Source of the DNA: Corynebacterium glutamicum ATCC 13032
GTDB taxonomy: Bacteria; Actinomycetota; Actinomycetes; Mycobacteriales; Mycobacteriaceae
Direction: 5' to 3'
Assembly: GCF_000011325.1 (NCBI RefSeq)
Contig: NC_003450.3
Location: 1,320,001 to 1,352,000, forward strand
DNA length: 32,000 nucleotides
Under the pieces are notes generated by a model that worked only from the letters and a program-made list of their open reading frames with translations, made no database searches and was not told the DNA's origin. Shown here piece after piece: positions 9,015 through 18,130 of this stretch (its first letter is position 1; each line of letters opens with the position of its first letter). The translations under genes were made by a program, and so were the position numbers.

Positions 9015-9887
9015 ATGAACCCCATTCAACTGGACACTTTGCTCTCAATCATTGATGAAGGCAGCTTCGAAGGCGCCTCCTTAGCCCTTTCCATTTCCCC
9101 CTCGGCGGTGAGTCAGCGCGTTAAAGCTCTCGAGCATCACGTGGGTCGAGTGTTGGTATCGCGCACCCAACCGGCCAAAGCAACCGAAGCGGGTGAAGTC
9201 CTTGTGCAAGCAGCGCGGAAAATGGTGTTGCTGCAAGCAGAAACTAAAGCGCAACTATCTGGACGCCTTGCTGAAATCCCGTTAACCATCGCCATCAACG
9301 CAGATTCGCTATCCACATGGTTTCCTCCCGTGTTCAACGAGGTAGCTTCTTGGGGTGGAGCAACGCTCACGCTGCGCTTGGAAGATGAAGCGCACACATT
9401 ATCCTTGCTGCGGCGTGGAGATGTTTTAGGAGCGGTAACCCGTGAAGCTAATCCCGTGGCGGGATGTGAAGTAGTAGAACTTGGAACCATGCGCCACTTG
9501 GCCATTGCAACCCCCTCATTGCGGGATGCCTACATGGTTGATGGGAAACTAGATTGGGCTGCGATGCCCGTCTTACGCTTCGGTCCCAAAGATGTGCTTC
9601 AAGACCGTGACCTGGACGGGCGCGTCGATGGTCCTGTGGGGCGCAGGCGCGTATCCATTGTCCCGTCGGCGGAAGGTTTTGGTGAGGCAATTCGCCGAGG
9701 CCTTGGTTGGGGACTTCTTCCCGAAACCCAAGCTGCTCCCATGCTAAAAGCAGGAGAAGTGATCCTCCTCGATGAGATACCCATTGACACACCGATGTAT
9801 TGGCAACGATGGCGCCTGGAATCTAGATCTCTAGCTAGACTCACAGACGCCGTCGTTGATGCAGCAATCGAGGGATTGCGGCCTTAG
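9015..9887 (+). CDS. lysG: LysR-type transcriptional activator of lysE
   Basis: 290-aa ORF with an N-terminal LTTR helix-turn-helix (FEGASLALSISPSAVSQRVKALE). The sequence and synteny match C. glutamicum LysG. Confidence 0.97.
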   Translation: MNPIQLDTLLSIIDEGSFEGASLALSISPSAVSQRVKALEHHVGRVLVSRTQPAKATEAGEVLVQAARKMVLLQAETKAQLSGRLAEIPLTIAINADSLSTWFPPVFNEVASWGGATLTLRLEDEAHTLSLLRRGDVLGAVTREANPVAGCEVVELGTMRHLAIATPSLRDAYMVDGKLDWAAMPVLRFGPKDVLQDRDLDGRVDGPVGRRRVSIVPSAEGFGEAIRRGLGWGLLPETQAAPMLKAGEVILLDEIPIDTPMYWQRWRLESRSLARLTDAVVDAAIEGLRP

Positions 9888-10967
9888 TTACTTCTGAAAA
9901 GGTTCAGGGTTTTTCACTTCTTCGCCCGCAGGAATTGGGCCAGGCAGAGTAACACCTTCAGCAAATGGGGATCCGCCGAGCTTTTCACGGCCGTGTGGTG
10001 TCGCGAAACCAGACAGATCTGGTCCGACTGGAACGATCCGGGTGGGGTTAATCTCCGCGTGGGTGATGTAGTAGTGCTGCTTGATTTCGGTGAAATCGGT
10101 GGTGTCGCCAAAGCCTGGGGTCTGGAAAAGATCCCGCAGGTAGCCCCATAGATTCGGCATTTCGGTGATCTTGTTGCGGCCACACTTGAAGTGTCCGTGG
10201 TAGACGGCATCGAAACGCACGAGGGTTGGGTAGAGGCGGATATCCGCCTCGGTGATGTGATCCCCCATGAGGTAACGTCGCGTCGATAAGCGATCTTCTA
10301 GCCAGTCCAACGCAACCCAAAGCCGCTTGTACGCCTCGTTGTGCGCTTCCTGGCTACCGGCAAAGCCGGTCCTGTATACGCCGTTGTTGACCTCAGTGAA
10401 GATGCGCTTCATCACCGGCGCCATCTCCTCGCGCAGCTCCGCGGGGTAGAGGTTAGGCGCACCCTCACGGTGGAACTGCTTCCACTCAAGATTGAAATCG
10501 ATGGTGATGGAAGGGTAATCGTTGGTGACGACCTTCTTAGACGATTCCTCCACGAGCGCTGGGACAGTAATGCCGCGCGGGTAATCGGGGAAGCGGTTGA
10601 AATACGCGTCCTGTAGACGAGGAATCTGCAGCACGGGATCAAGATGGTTTGGATCTAAATCGAAAGTCCAGGAACGAACGTCGTGAGTCGGGCCGGTCAG
10701 ACCAAGCGAGATCACGTTCTCCAGGCCGAGAAGACGACGGGTGATAACAGTGCGGTGTGCCCATGGACATGCGCGGGCAGCGACTAAACGGTAGCGACCA
10801 GCCTCGACAGGCCAATGGAAAGTGCCATCTTCCTGAGCAATTGGTTCGGATCCCGCTGGAACGTCTGCGACGATGCGGTCATCGATGTAGTTGGTATCGC
10901 GAACGAACTCGCCGTCTGCTGATGCATTTTGTGGGGCGCCTGCCCAATCGGATGACGTGTTAGCCAC
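9888..10967 (-). CDS. Xi-class glutathione S-transferase-like protein (YqjG/ECM4 glutathionyl-hydroquinone reductase family)
   Basis: 359-aa ORF with the family-defining Cys-Pro-Trp-Ala active site (ARACPWAHRTVI). The C-terminal GST helices are also present. Confidence 0.85.
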   Translation of the reverse strand: MANTSSDWAGAPQNASADGEFVRDTNYIDDRIVADVPAGSEPIAQEDGTFHWPVEAGRYRLVAARACPWAHRTVITRRLLGLENVISLGLTGPTHDVRSWTFDLDPNHLDPVLQIPRLQDAYFNRFPDYPRGITVPALVEESSKKVVTNDYPSITIDFNLEWKQFHREGAPNLYPAELREEMAPVMKRIFTEVNNGVYRTGFAGSQEAHNEAYKRLWVALDWLEDRLSTRRYLMGDHITEADIRLYPTLVRFDAVYHGHFKCGRNKITEMPNLWGYLRDLFQTPGFGDTTDFTEIKQHYYITHAEINPTRIVPVGPDLSGFATPHGREKLGGSPFAEGVTLPGPIPAGEEVKNPEPFQK

Positions 10968-11101
10968 TGTGTGGTGTCCTCTCTTGGAAATTTAGATGAT
11001 ATGTCAACAATATTACGAAGTGGAATGAAAATCAACGATTGAACAAATGTTCGGGGTGATTGCAGACGTGTCCTGCACAGTTGATATGGTGTGAAACCAT
11101 C

Positions 11102-11878
11102 ATGGCTCGATCACAAAAAAGAACACCTGCTATCAGGTCAACCAAAAAAGTTAAAAGTGTAATATCCAGCATCATCACGATTGCCGTGGCTGCAGTCGCT
11201 TTTGCAGCTTACGTTATAGATGGTGGGGTAGAAGAGGCGTCTGGAACACCGACGTCTTCGGAAAGCTCGGTAGCGGCAACTGCTCCAGCGGCATCTAGCG
11301 AGACTGCGGCTGAATACCGTGCGATGCTCGCTTCCCTTGACGTTAAAGGTCGTGCGCCAGGAACAGGATATGACCGCGAATTATTCGGACCAGCATGGAC
11401 CGACACTGTTTCCGTGGAATATGGACACAATGGCTGCGATACCCGCAACGACATCCTGCAACGCGACCTGGATGACATCCAACTTCGCGAAGGCACCAAG
11501 GATTGTATCGTCACGAGCGGCCTGCTCAGCGATCCATTTTCTGGCGAACTTATTGATTTCGTTCGCGGTGAACGTTCCGGCGACGTGCAGATCGATCACC
11601 TGGTCCCATTACATGACGCATGGGTCAAGGGAGCACAGCAGTGGGATGAGCAAACTCGAAAGAACTTTGCCAACGATCCCGACAACCTTCTCGCCGTTAA
11701 AGGTACGCTTAACCAGCAAAAAGGTGCAGGCGATGCAGCAACCTGGCTTCCACCAAACACAGCTTTTAGGTGCGATTACGCAAAGAAAATCATCACCGTT
11801 AAAGATCGCTACAACGTGTGGGTGACTGAGGCTGAAGCAAGCGCCCTGGAACGCCAATTAGATACGTGTGCTGCATAA
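11102..11878 (+). CDS. Membrane-anchored/secreted DUF1524-type (HNH/His-Me finger) nuclease
   Basis: N-terminal TM segment (VISSIITIAVAAVAFAAYVI), then a Ser/Ala/Thr linker, then GHNGCDTRNDIL...QIDHLVPLHDAWVKGA...NLLAV...LNQQKG, typical of extracellular DUF1524 proteins. I prefer the ATG at 11102 (MARSQKR). Confidence 0.7.
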   Translation: MARSQKRTPAIRSTKKVKSVISSIITIAVAAVAFAAYVIDGGVEEASGTPTSSESSVAATAPAASSETAAEYRAMLASLDVKGRAPGTGYDRELFGPAWTDTVSVEYGHNGCDTRNDILQRDLDDIQLREGTKDCIVTSGLLSDPFSGELIDFVRGERSGDVQIDHLVPLHDAWVKGAQQWDEQTRKNFANDPDNLLAVKGTLNQQKGAGDAATWLPPNTAFRCDYAKKIITVKDRYNVWVTEAEASALERQLDTCAA

Positions 11879-11952
11879 CAGTCACATAAGCATTTGGGGC
11901 GCGCCGAAGTTATATCCACATTGCGGAAGTTAATTCGCATATTCTGGGGCAC

Positions 11953-13011
11953 ATGACTGATAACTCGCGAAATTCAAATCAGAATTTTGATCAACCAGAC
12001 CTGAACGATCTCGATGATGATTCGGCCATCCCTACTTACAAGGGACCATCGCCTTCCGCGAATTCCTCCAACGCTACCGAGCGCCTCGGCAGTGTTTACG
12101 ACCGAACTGGCCGTGCAGCGCCCCAGAACATTCCGCCGGCATCAAATGCTGCTGAAACCACAGCATTTGAGCGTCCAGATAATCAATCTGCGAAGCCAGT
12201 GGCTTCCGAAGCTCCAACAACTATTACGCCGGCAAGCTCTGGTGCATTAGCATCCGATGCTCCGACGTCTTATGTTCAGGCGCAGCCTTCCCAGCAGCAG
12301 ACTCCTCAGCAAGTTCCGCCAGCTCCGCCGACACAAGTTACTCGTCAGATTAGCCGTCCTGAAGAGCCTGGTTACCAGCCAGAACCGTCTTATTCGGAGC
12401 CTTACACTGACTCTGATTTCGCGCCAGCAGGTGCGGCCGCTGCGGCAGCTGCAGTAGCTCCACCAATGATTGCGGAACAGCCACAAATTGTTGAAGATGC
12501 CCGCCGAGGTACCCTCGATTTCGGCCTGTTGATTATCCGCGCAGTCATTGGTGTCTATTTGATCGTCCGTGGAGTCTTTACATTCTTCACCCTTGGAGGA
12601 TCTGCCGGTCTTGCTGGCCTCGAGGCAGAGTTCGCTGGTTACCAGTGGCCTGAAATCCTCGCGATCCTGCTTCCATCTATTGAACTTGCGGCTGGTGTCT
12701 TCCTGCTCCTTGGTCTGATGACCCCAGTGGCAGCAGCGGTAGCCACGGTGGCGACATCCTTTACCACCCTTCACCAAGTCAACACTCATGAAGGTGGTTG
12801 GGGTGAACTTAGTGAGCCATTGATGCTGGCACTGATCCTCACTATCGTGGTTGTCGGACTTCAGTTCACCGGCCCCGGCAAGATTTCCCTTGACTCTGGC
12901 CGAGGTTGGGCAAAGCGTCCACTGGTGAGCTCGTGGATCTTCGTGGTCATCGGCATCGCAGCGGCAGTTCTGCTGTGGTGGTTCGGTGCGGGTGTGAACC
13001 CAATCGCGTAG
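11953..13011 (+). CDS. DoxX-family integral membrane protein with a long Pro/Gln/Ala/Ser-rich N-terminal region
   Basis: 352-aa ORF. The first ~180 aa are low-complexity. The last ~165 aa have four TM helices with a DoxX-like pattern (LLIIRAVIGVYLIVRG...ELAAGVFLLLGLMTP). Confidence 0.7.
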   Translation: MTDNSRNSNQNFDQPDLNDLDDDSAIPTYKGPSPSANSSNATERLGSVYDRTGRAAPQNIPPASNAAETTAFERPDNQSAKPVASEAPTTITPASSGALASDAPTSYVQAQPSQQQTPQQVPPAPPTQVTRQISRPEEPGYQPEPSYSEPYTDSDFAPAGAAAAAAAVAPPMIAEQPQIVEDARRGTLDFGLLIIRAVIGVYLIVRGVFTFFTLGGSAGLAGLEAEFAGYQWPEILAILLPSIELAAGVFLLLGLMTPVAAAVATVATSFTTLHQVNTHEGGWGELSEPLMLALILTIVVVGLQFTGPGKISLDSGRGWAKRPLVSSWIFVVIGIAAAVLLWWFGAGVNPIA

Positions 13012-13023
13012 CCAAAGTTTTAG

Positions 13024-13052
13024 AAAAAGACCCTCCTGGTGAGGGTCTTTTT
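13024..13052 (+). terminator. Rho-independent terminator (A-tract / hairpin / T-tract, potentially bidirectional)
   Basis: aaaaAGACCCTC ctggt GAGGGTCTtttt. Confidence 0.75.
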
Positions 13053-13227
13053 CATGCCTGGGTTCGGTTTGGGGCATGGTGCTGTAGAAGGCTGTTTAAG
13101 GATTCGTAATTGCCTAATGGGTCAAGTGTGGGGAGAGGTGTTTGAGGCGCTTAAACGGAAGAATAGGGCCTATCCACTTTGGGGTCAGTGGGGTAGTTGT
13201 GGTTCCTGAAAGCTTCCAGGGCAAGGA

Positions 13228-13374
13228 TCCACCACAAACAGGGCTTTGCCCTTTGGAATCGGTCCGAAAGTTGCACGCATAGGGCTATAAAGCGGGAAAA
13301 TCCACCACAACCAGCAGAAATCCTGCAACTTGTGGTGAGTATTTGCAACGGGGAGCTCCACCACGCCCACACAG
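13228..13374. repeat. Three dispersed copies of TCCACCAC(A/G) within ~20-bp related blocks
   Basis: Exact TCCACCAC at 13228-13235, 13301-13308 and 13367-13374, with spacing 73 and 66 bp. Partial inverted partners GTTGTGGT (13196-13203) and TTGTGGTG (13329-13336) are also present. Confidence 0.6.
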
Positions 13375-13384
13375 GCCAAGACAT

Positions 13385-13420
13385 GAAAAAGCACCGGAAC
13401 CCAAAGTAGGGAACCGGTGC
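13385..13420 (-). terminator. Rho-independent terminator of ilvD
   Basis: On the minus strand, the hairpin gcaccggttccc...gggttccggtgc is followed by ttttt. It starts 19 nt after the ilvD stop. Confidence 0.75.
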
Positions 13421-13438
13421 TCAAACACTCACAAAGGG

Positions 13439-15280
13439 TTAGTCGACCTGACGGACTGCACCCTTATCAGCGGAGGTAGCCATCTTTGCGTATGCGCGCA
13501 GTGCCTTGGTGACAACGCGGTTACGGTTGACTGGCTGCCATGGCTTCTCGGAGGCGTTCATAGCGTCGCGGCGGCGCTGGAGTTCCTCGTCGGAGACCTG
13601 AACTTCGAGCTTGCGGTTGTGAACGTCGATGGAGACGATGTCGCCGTTTTCGATCAGACCAATGACTCCGCCGTGTGCTGCTTCTGGGGAGACGTGGCCG
13701 ATGGACAGTCCTGAGGAACCTCCGGAGAAACGGCCGTCGGTGATCAGTGCACACTTCTTGCCCAGGCCGGATCCCTTGAGGAATGCGGTTGGGTGAAGCA
13801 TTTCCTGCATGCCTGGTCCACCTGATGGGCCTTCGTAGCGGACGACCAGAACTTCGCCAGCTTGGATGGTCTTGGTCAGGATGACAGAGACTGCCTCTTC
13901 CTGGCTTTCGACAACTCGTGCTGGTCCGGTGAAGTTCCACAGCTCTTCTTCGATACCTGCGGACTTGATCACTGCGCCGTCAGGGGAGATGTTGCCGCGA
14001 AGAACAACCAGGCCGCCGTCGGCGGTGTAGGCGTGTTCAACGTCGCGGATGCAGCCCTTGGCAGCGTCGGTGTCGAGTTCGTCCCAGCGGTTCTCGGTGG
14101 AGAATGCTTCGGTGGTGCGGATGCCACCTGGGGCTGCGTGGAAGAGTTCGGTTGCTACTTCGGTGGTCTTGCCAGAGCGGATATCCCAGTCATCCAACCA
14201 ACCTTCAAGGTCGTTGGAGTGAACGGAGTGGACGTCCTTGTTCAGCAGGCCACCGCGGTTGAGCTCGCCGAGCAGTGCTGGAATGCCACCGGCGCGGTGG
14301 ACGTCTTCCATGTGGTAGTCGGAGTTTGGTGCAACCTTGGACAGGCAGGGGACGTTTTTGGACAGTTCGTCGATGTCTGCGAGGTCGAAGTCAACTTCGC
14401 CTTCCTGGGCAGCTGCGAGGATGTGGAGGATGGTGTTGGTGGATCCACCCATGGCCATATCCAGTGCCATTGCGTTTTCGAATGCCTTCTTGGTGGCAAT
14501 GCCACGTGGCAGAACGGATTCGTCTTCTTCACCGTAGTAGCGGCGGCACAGTTCAACGACGGTTTCGCCGGCCTTTTCAAACAGTGCGCGACGTGCTGCG
14601 TGGGTTGCCAGAGTGGAGCCGTTGCCCGGGAGAGAAAGTCCCAGAGCTTCGGTGAGGCAGTTCATGGAGTTCGCGGTGAACATACCGGAGCAGGAGCCAC
14701 AGGTTGGGCATGCGGATGCTTCAACGGCTGCAAGGCCTGCGTCGTCGACTGCATCGCTTGCGGATGCGGAGATCGCGGTGATGAGGTCGGTTGGTGCGTG
14801 TGCAACGCCGTCAACGACGACAGCCTTGCCAGCTTCCATTGGGCCACCGGAAACGAAGACCACTGGGATGTTCAGGCGCATTGCTGCGTTGAGCATGCCT
14901 GGGGTGATCTTGTCACAGTTGGAGATACACACCATGGCGTCGGCGGTGTGTGCGTTGACCATGTATTCGACGGAGTCGGCGATGATTTCACGGGATGGCA
15001 GGGAGTACAGCATGCCGCCGTGTCCCATGGCGATGCCGTCATCGACGGCGATGGTGTTGAATTCCTTTGGAACGCCACCGGCTTTGCGCACTGCATCTGC
15101 CACAATATCGCCGACGTTCTTAAGGTGAACGTGTCCGGGCACGAACTGGGTGTAGGAGTTTACGATGGCAACAATTGGCTTGCCGAACTCATTTTCCTTG
15201 GTGCCGGTGGCACGCCAAAGGGCGCGAGCGCCAGCTGCATTGCGACCGACGGTGGTGACTTTTGAACGAAGTGGGATCAT
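13439..15280 (-). CDS. ilvD: Dihydroxy-acid dehydratase
   Basis: 613-aa ORF with full-length IlvD motifs (the CDKITPGML region, [11 protein letters not shown]-like [14 protein letters not shown], and the [16 protein letters not shown] cluster ligands). Confidence 0.97.
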
Positions 15281-15408
15281 GATGCGCTTTTCAAATCTGC
15301 TCTAAAGAGCGGCGGGTGGTTGTCAAGAATCAACGGCACTTTGAAAACTTGGGTGAGCTTCTACTCGTGCAGAGGTGTGGACCTTTGGTTCGGACGGCTT
15401 ATTACACT

Positions 15409-16044
15409 CTAGTGCTGTGACGCAGGGTTATCACGATGTGAGGTTTCAGACGCGGCTTGTCCGGTCTCTTGGGATTCAACGCTTTCTGTTTGTGTTGTAT
15501 TCCCATCGGTGTCGTCATCGAAGTTCAACTGAACTGGCTTGCCCAGTGCCTTTTGGCGCTCCAAGTACTCTTCCTTGGACATCATCACGGAGTAGCCGTC
15601 TTCTTGAACGACTACAACCTTGCCGTCGGCTGCTTCCTTGCTTGCGGTGATCGCATCGGGGATGCGGCCGTGGGAAGCAGCTTCAAGGCGGGGAAGGGAG
15701 TTGAAGGTGACGCCGGGGAGGGTGACTTCTGCATCGGAGGTGGTGCGAGCGAAAGTGCGGGCACCCTTGAATCCGATTCCTGCGAGGTCTTCCCAGGCCA
15801 CAACCTTTTTGCCCTTGAAGGCGTAGTTTGCGGTGATGCCCTGTTCATCAACGATCGTGGATGATTTTAGAACCCAGTAACCGAAGATGACAGGGAGCGC
15901 GAGCAGCCAAAACAGGTACTGAGGGGCTGCGCCGATGACTAATAATGAGATCAGGCCAAAAACAACGGCGCCCAAAATATGGGTGCGTTCTGGGTGAAAT
16001 TTTTCGGAAAGCTCCACGGATGCCTTTTCTGCGTCTGAACTCAT
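15409..16044 (-). CDS. Membrane protein with a bacterial PH-like domain and an acidic C-terminal tail
   Basis: Two N-terminal TM helices are followed by ...STIVDEQGITANYAFKGKKVVAWEDLAGIGF..., resembling the mycobacterial 'low molecular weight antigen 6' PH domain. The start is either the ATG at 16044 or the TTG at 16053. Confidence 0.65.
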   Translation of the reverse strand: MSSDAEKASVELSEKFHPERTHILGAVVFGLISLLVIGAAPQYLFWLLALPVIFGYWVLKSSTIVDEQGITANYAFKGKKVVAWEDLAGIGFKGARTFARTTSDAEVTLPGVTFNSLPRLEAASHGRIPDAITASKEAADGKVVVVQEDGYSVMMSKEEYLERQKALGKPVQLNFDDDTDGNTTQTESVESQETGQAASETSHRDNPASQH

Positions 16045-16091
16045 AATTTCCAATAGTAGTAAAGAAATGGGACACGTCTGTAATCAGCGTC

Positions 16092-17693
16092 CTAAGGGGT
16101 GGACGTCGGCGCAACTGTCTCTTGGACCGCGGTTGGTGCTTCCACTGCTGGAGACTGCGTCTGCGACGCAGTCGTTTCCTCCTGCGACGTGGCTTCCTCG
16201 GTCGGTTCGATGGTGTCGGCTCGCTGGGGCGTTGCGGTTGCAGGGGTTGAGGTTTCCTGCTGCGTTTCGACGTTAGATTCCATCGTTGGGGTCTCCTCCA
16301 CCGTAGTGGGCACTGTCATCGAAGGCGTGCTTACTGGCGCGGAAGTTTCGGAGGTGGTCACCGCAGTTGAGGTGGCAGTGCTTGGTGACAGCCATCCACT
16401 GGAGTTTTGCCAATTCTCACTTGGTTCCACAGTCATGACCTTAAATAGTGACAGCAAGAGCAGCGCACCCAACAACAGGGACGTGCTCATGCGGACACGT
16501 CCGCCAAACGACAGGATCTTCTGCCACCGATTTGGGTAGTAATCAGTGCGGAAGAAGCCTCGGAGAGAGTGATCTGGTTTTGCTGTTTCTTCCGGTTCTT
16601 CGCTGGAGAGTTCTTGTTCCAGCACATCGGAATCAAGTTCCTTCTCTGGATTGCCTGCATTGATCACCGAGGCGTCTGCATTGTCTGCATCGTCGTTAGA
16701 GGATGCAGCTAGCGATGCAACCGTCGCCGCAGCCTCCGGCTTCGGTTCCTTAAGAGCCTGGGGGGAGGCGTCGATAAGCGAGGTCTTTGGCTCTTCATGC
16801 TCAACGTGTAAGGAATCAATGAGGGTTCCCGATGTAGTGGTTGCGCTGCCGTATTCTTCCCAGAATTCGCTGATGATTTCTGTGCGGATGGCGCGTTCGA
16901 CCAGCCATTGATTGCCGGCGGTGACTTGCACGAGGAAACGCATGGTGACCATCCACGGCATGCCGACCACCGTTGGCGGCGTGACTTCCGTGGCTGGGTG
17001 CACATCGAGTTCACCGAGGATTTCCGGTGCGATTTTCTCCTGGCCAAGTGCGCGACGAGTCGCAGCTTCAGAGCGCGCGATGACATCTGTGATGTTTTCA
17101 GAACCCAACATGGGGATCGGAATAACGACAACCGCACGCGACCAGTTATTAGAATTGTTGATGCACACTTTCGCCGTGGAGTTGGGGATGATCACGGTCT
17201 CTTGTGCAATCGTGCGAATTTTGGTCGCGCGCATGGTGATCTCAATGACGGTGCCTTCGACAACGATGCCGTTGCCCTCAAAACGCACCCAGTCACCCAC
17301 GCCGAATTGCTTTTCCGTCAGGATGAAAAATCCGGCCAAGAAGTCCGCAACAATCGACTGCGCACCAAGGCCAATGGCAGCTGACGCAATGGTTGCCGGA
17401 ATCGCAGCGCCCGCGAGAGAGAAACCAAAAGCCTGCATCGCGGAGACGGCAAGCATGAAAAACGCCACAATTTGCGCGATATAAACGCCAACGCCGGCGA
17501 ACGCGAGCTGGTTCTTAGTGGTGTCCGCATCGGCTGCAGACTCCACTCGGCGCTTGATAATACGCATGGCCAGTCGGCCGATACGTGGAATCAAAAACGC
17601 CAAGACCAGGATAATTGCTACATCAAAACCGGTATCGACAATCCAATTCCACAATGAATAGAGCAAATATTGAATGGGTACGCCTAAAATCAT
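16092..17693 (-). CDS. mscCG: MscS-type mechanosensitive channel / glutamate exporter MscCG
   Basis: The 533-aa product ([25 protein letters not shown]...) is the NCgl1221/YggB sequence as I remember it. It has an MscS core plus the long C-terminal extension with a fourth TM segment. Confidence 0.97.
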
Positions 17694-17839
17694 GAGCCAA
17701 GATTAGCGCTGAAAAGTAGCGGGAGCCTGCCTGAACTTTGTGAGAATCCTGATTCCTTAACCGAAGTGGGGGAGTTTTGGGGGTGGGAATTTTCGTGCGT
17801 TGTGGAATTGGAAACTCGATGTGTGTAGCATGACACACC

Positions 17840-17887
17840 ATGACCATTATTCGACTTGTAGTAGTAACCGCGCGGCGCCTGCCGTAA
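17840..17887 (+). CDS. ilvBNC leader peptide (15 aa, MTIIRLVVVTARRLP)
   Basis: The ORF ATG ACC ATT ATT CGA CTT GTA GTA GTA ... TAA carries 2 Ile, 3 Val and 2 Leu codons. It lies 244 nt upstream of ilvB and is followed by a terminator hairpin. This matches the published attenuation model for the C. glutamicum ilvBNC operon. Confidence 0.85.
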   Translation: MTIIRLVVVTARRLP

Positions 17888-17913
17888 CGGCCTTCCAAGT
17901 CGTCTCGTCAAGC

Positions 17914-17964
17914 GCCCTCGACAACACTCACCACAGTGTTGGAACGAGGGCTTTCTTGTTGGTT
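17914..17964 (+). terminator. ilvBNC attenuator terminator
   Basis: GCCCTCG-ACAACACT-caccac-AGTGTTG-gaa-CGAGGGC is followed by TTTCTTGTTGGTT. Confidence 0.75.
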
Positions 17965-18130
17965 ATGACCCAAGTAGCCAACTTTGCAACAGACATCTGT
18001 CGCACTGCGTGCACACGCATCCGCGTCGGAACAATTTTAAATGAGGGCTTTGTCTTTAGGCTGAGTTGAAATCGGCTTGGCTTGGACGGGTCCTGTGAAA
18101 ATCCTTATTTAGTAAAGGAGCCAGAAAGTC

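Noticed and set aside
12247-13077. 276-aa ORF on the minus strand
   Set aside because: It is antisense to the DoxX gene, with Arg/Cys/His-rich composition and no TM or domain signal.
13151-13424. Three overlapping 70-79-aa ORFs in the DoxX-ilvD spacer
   Set aside because: They overlap each other on both strands and run through the ilvD terminator. They have Trp/Cys/Pro-rich composition and no ribosome-binding site. I treat the region as non-coding and report its repeats instead.
13862-15265. 467-aa ORF on the plus strand
   Set aside because: It is entirely antisense to ilvD, with Gly/Val/Cys/Asp-rich nonsense composition. This is a typical shadow ORF of a high-GC-third-position gene.
16908-17484. 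158-aa and 190-aa plus-strand ORFs, and the 146-aa ORF at 16099-16539
   Set aside because: All are antisense to mscCG and have no motifs.
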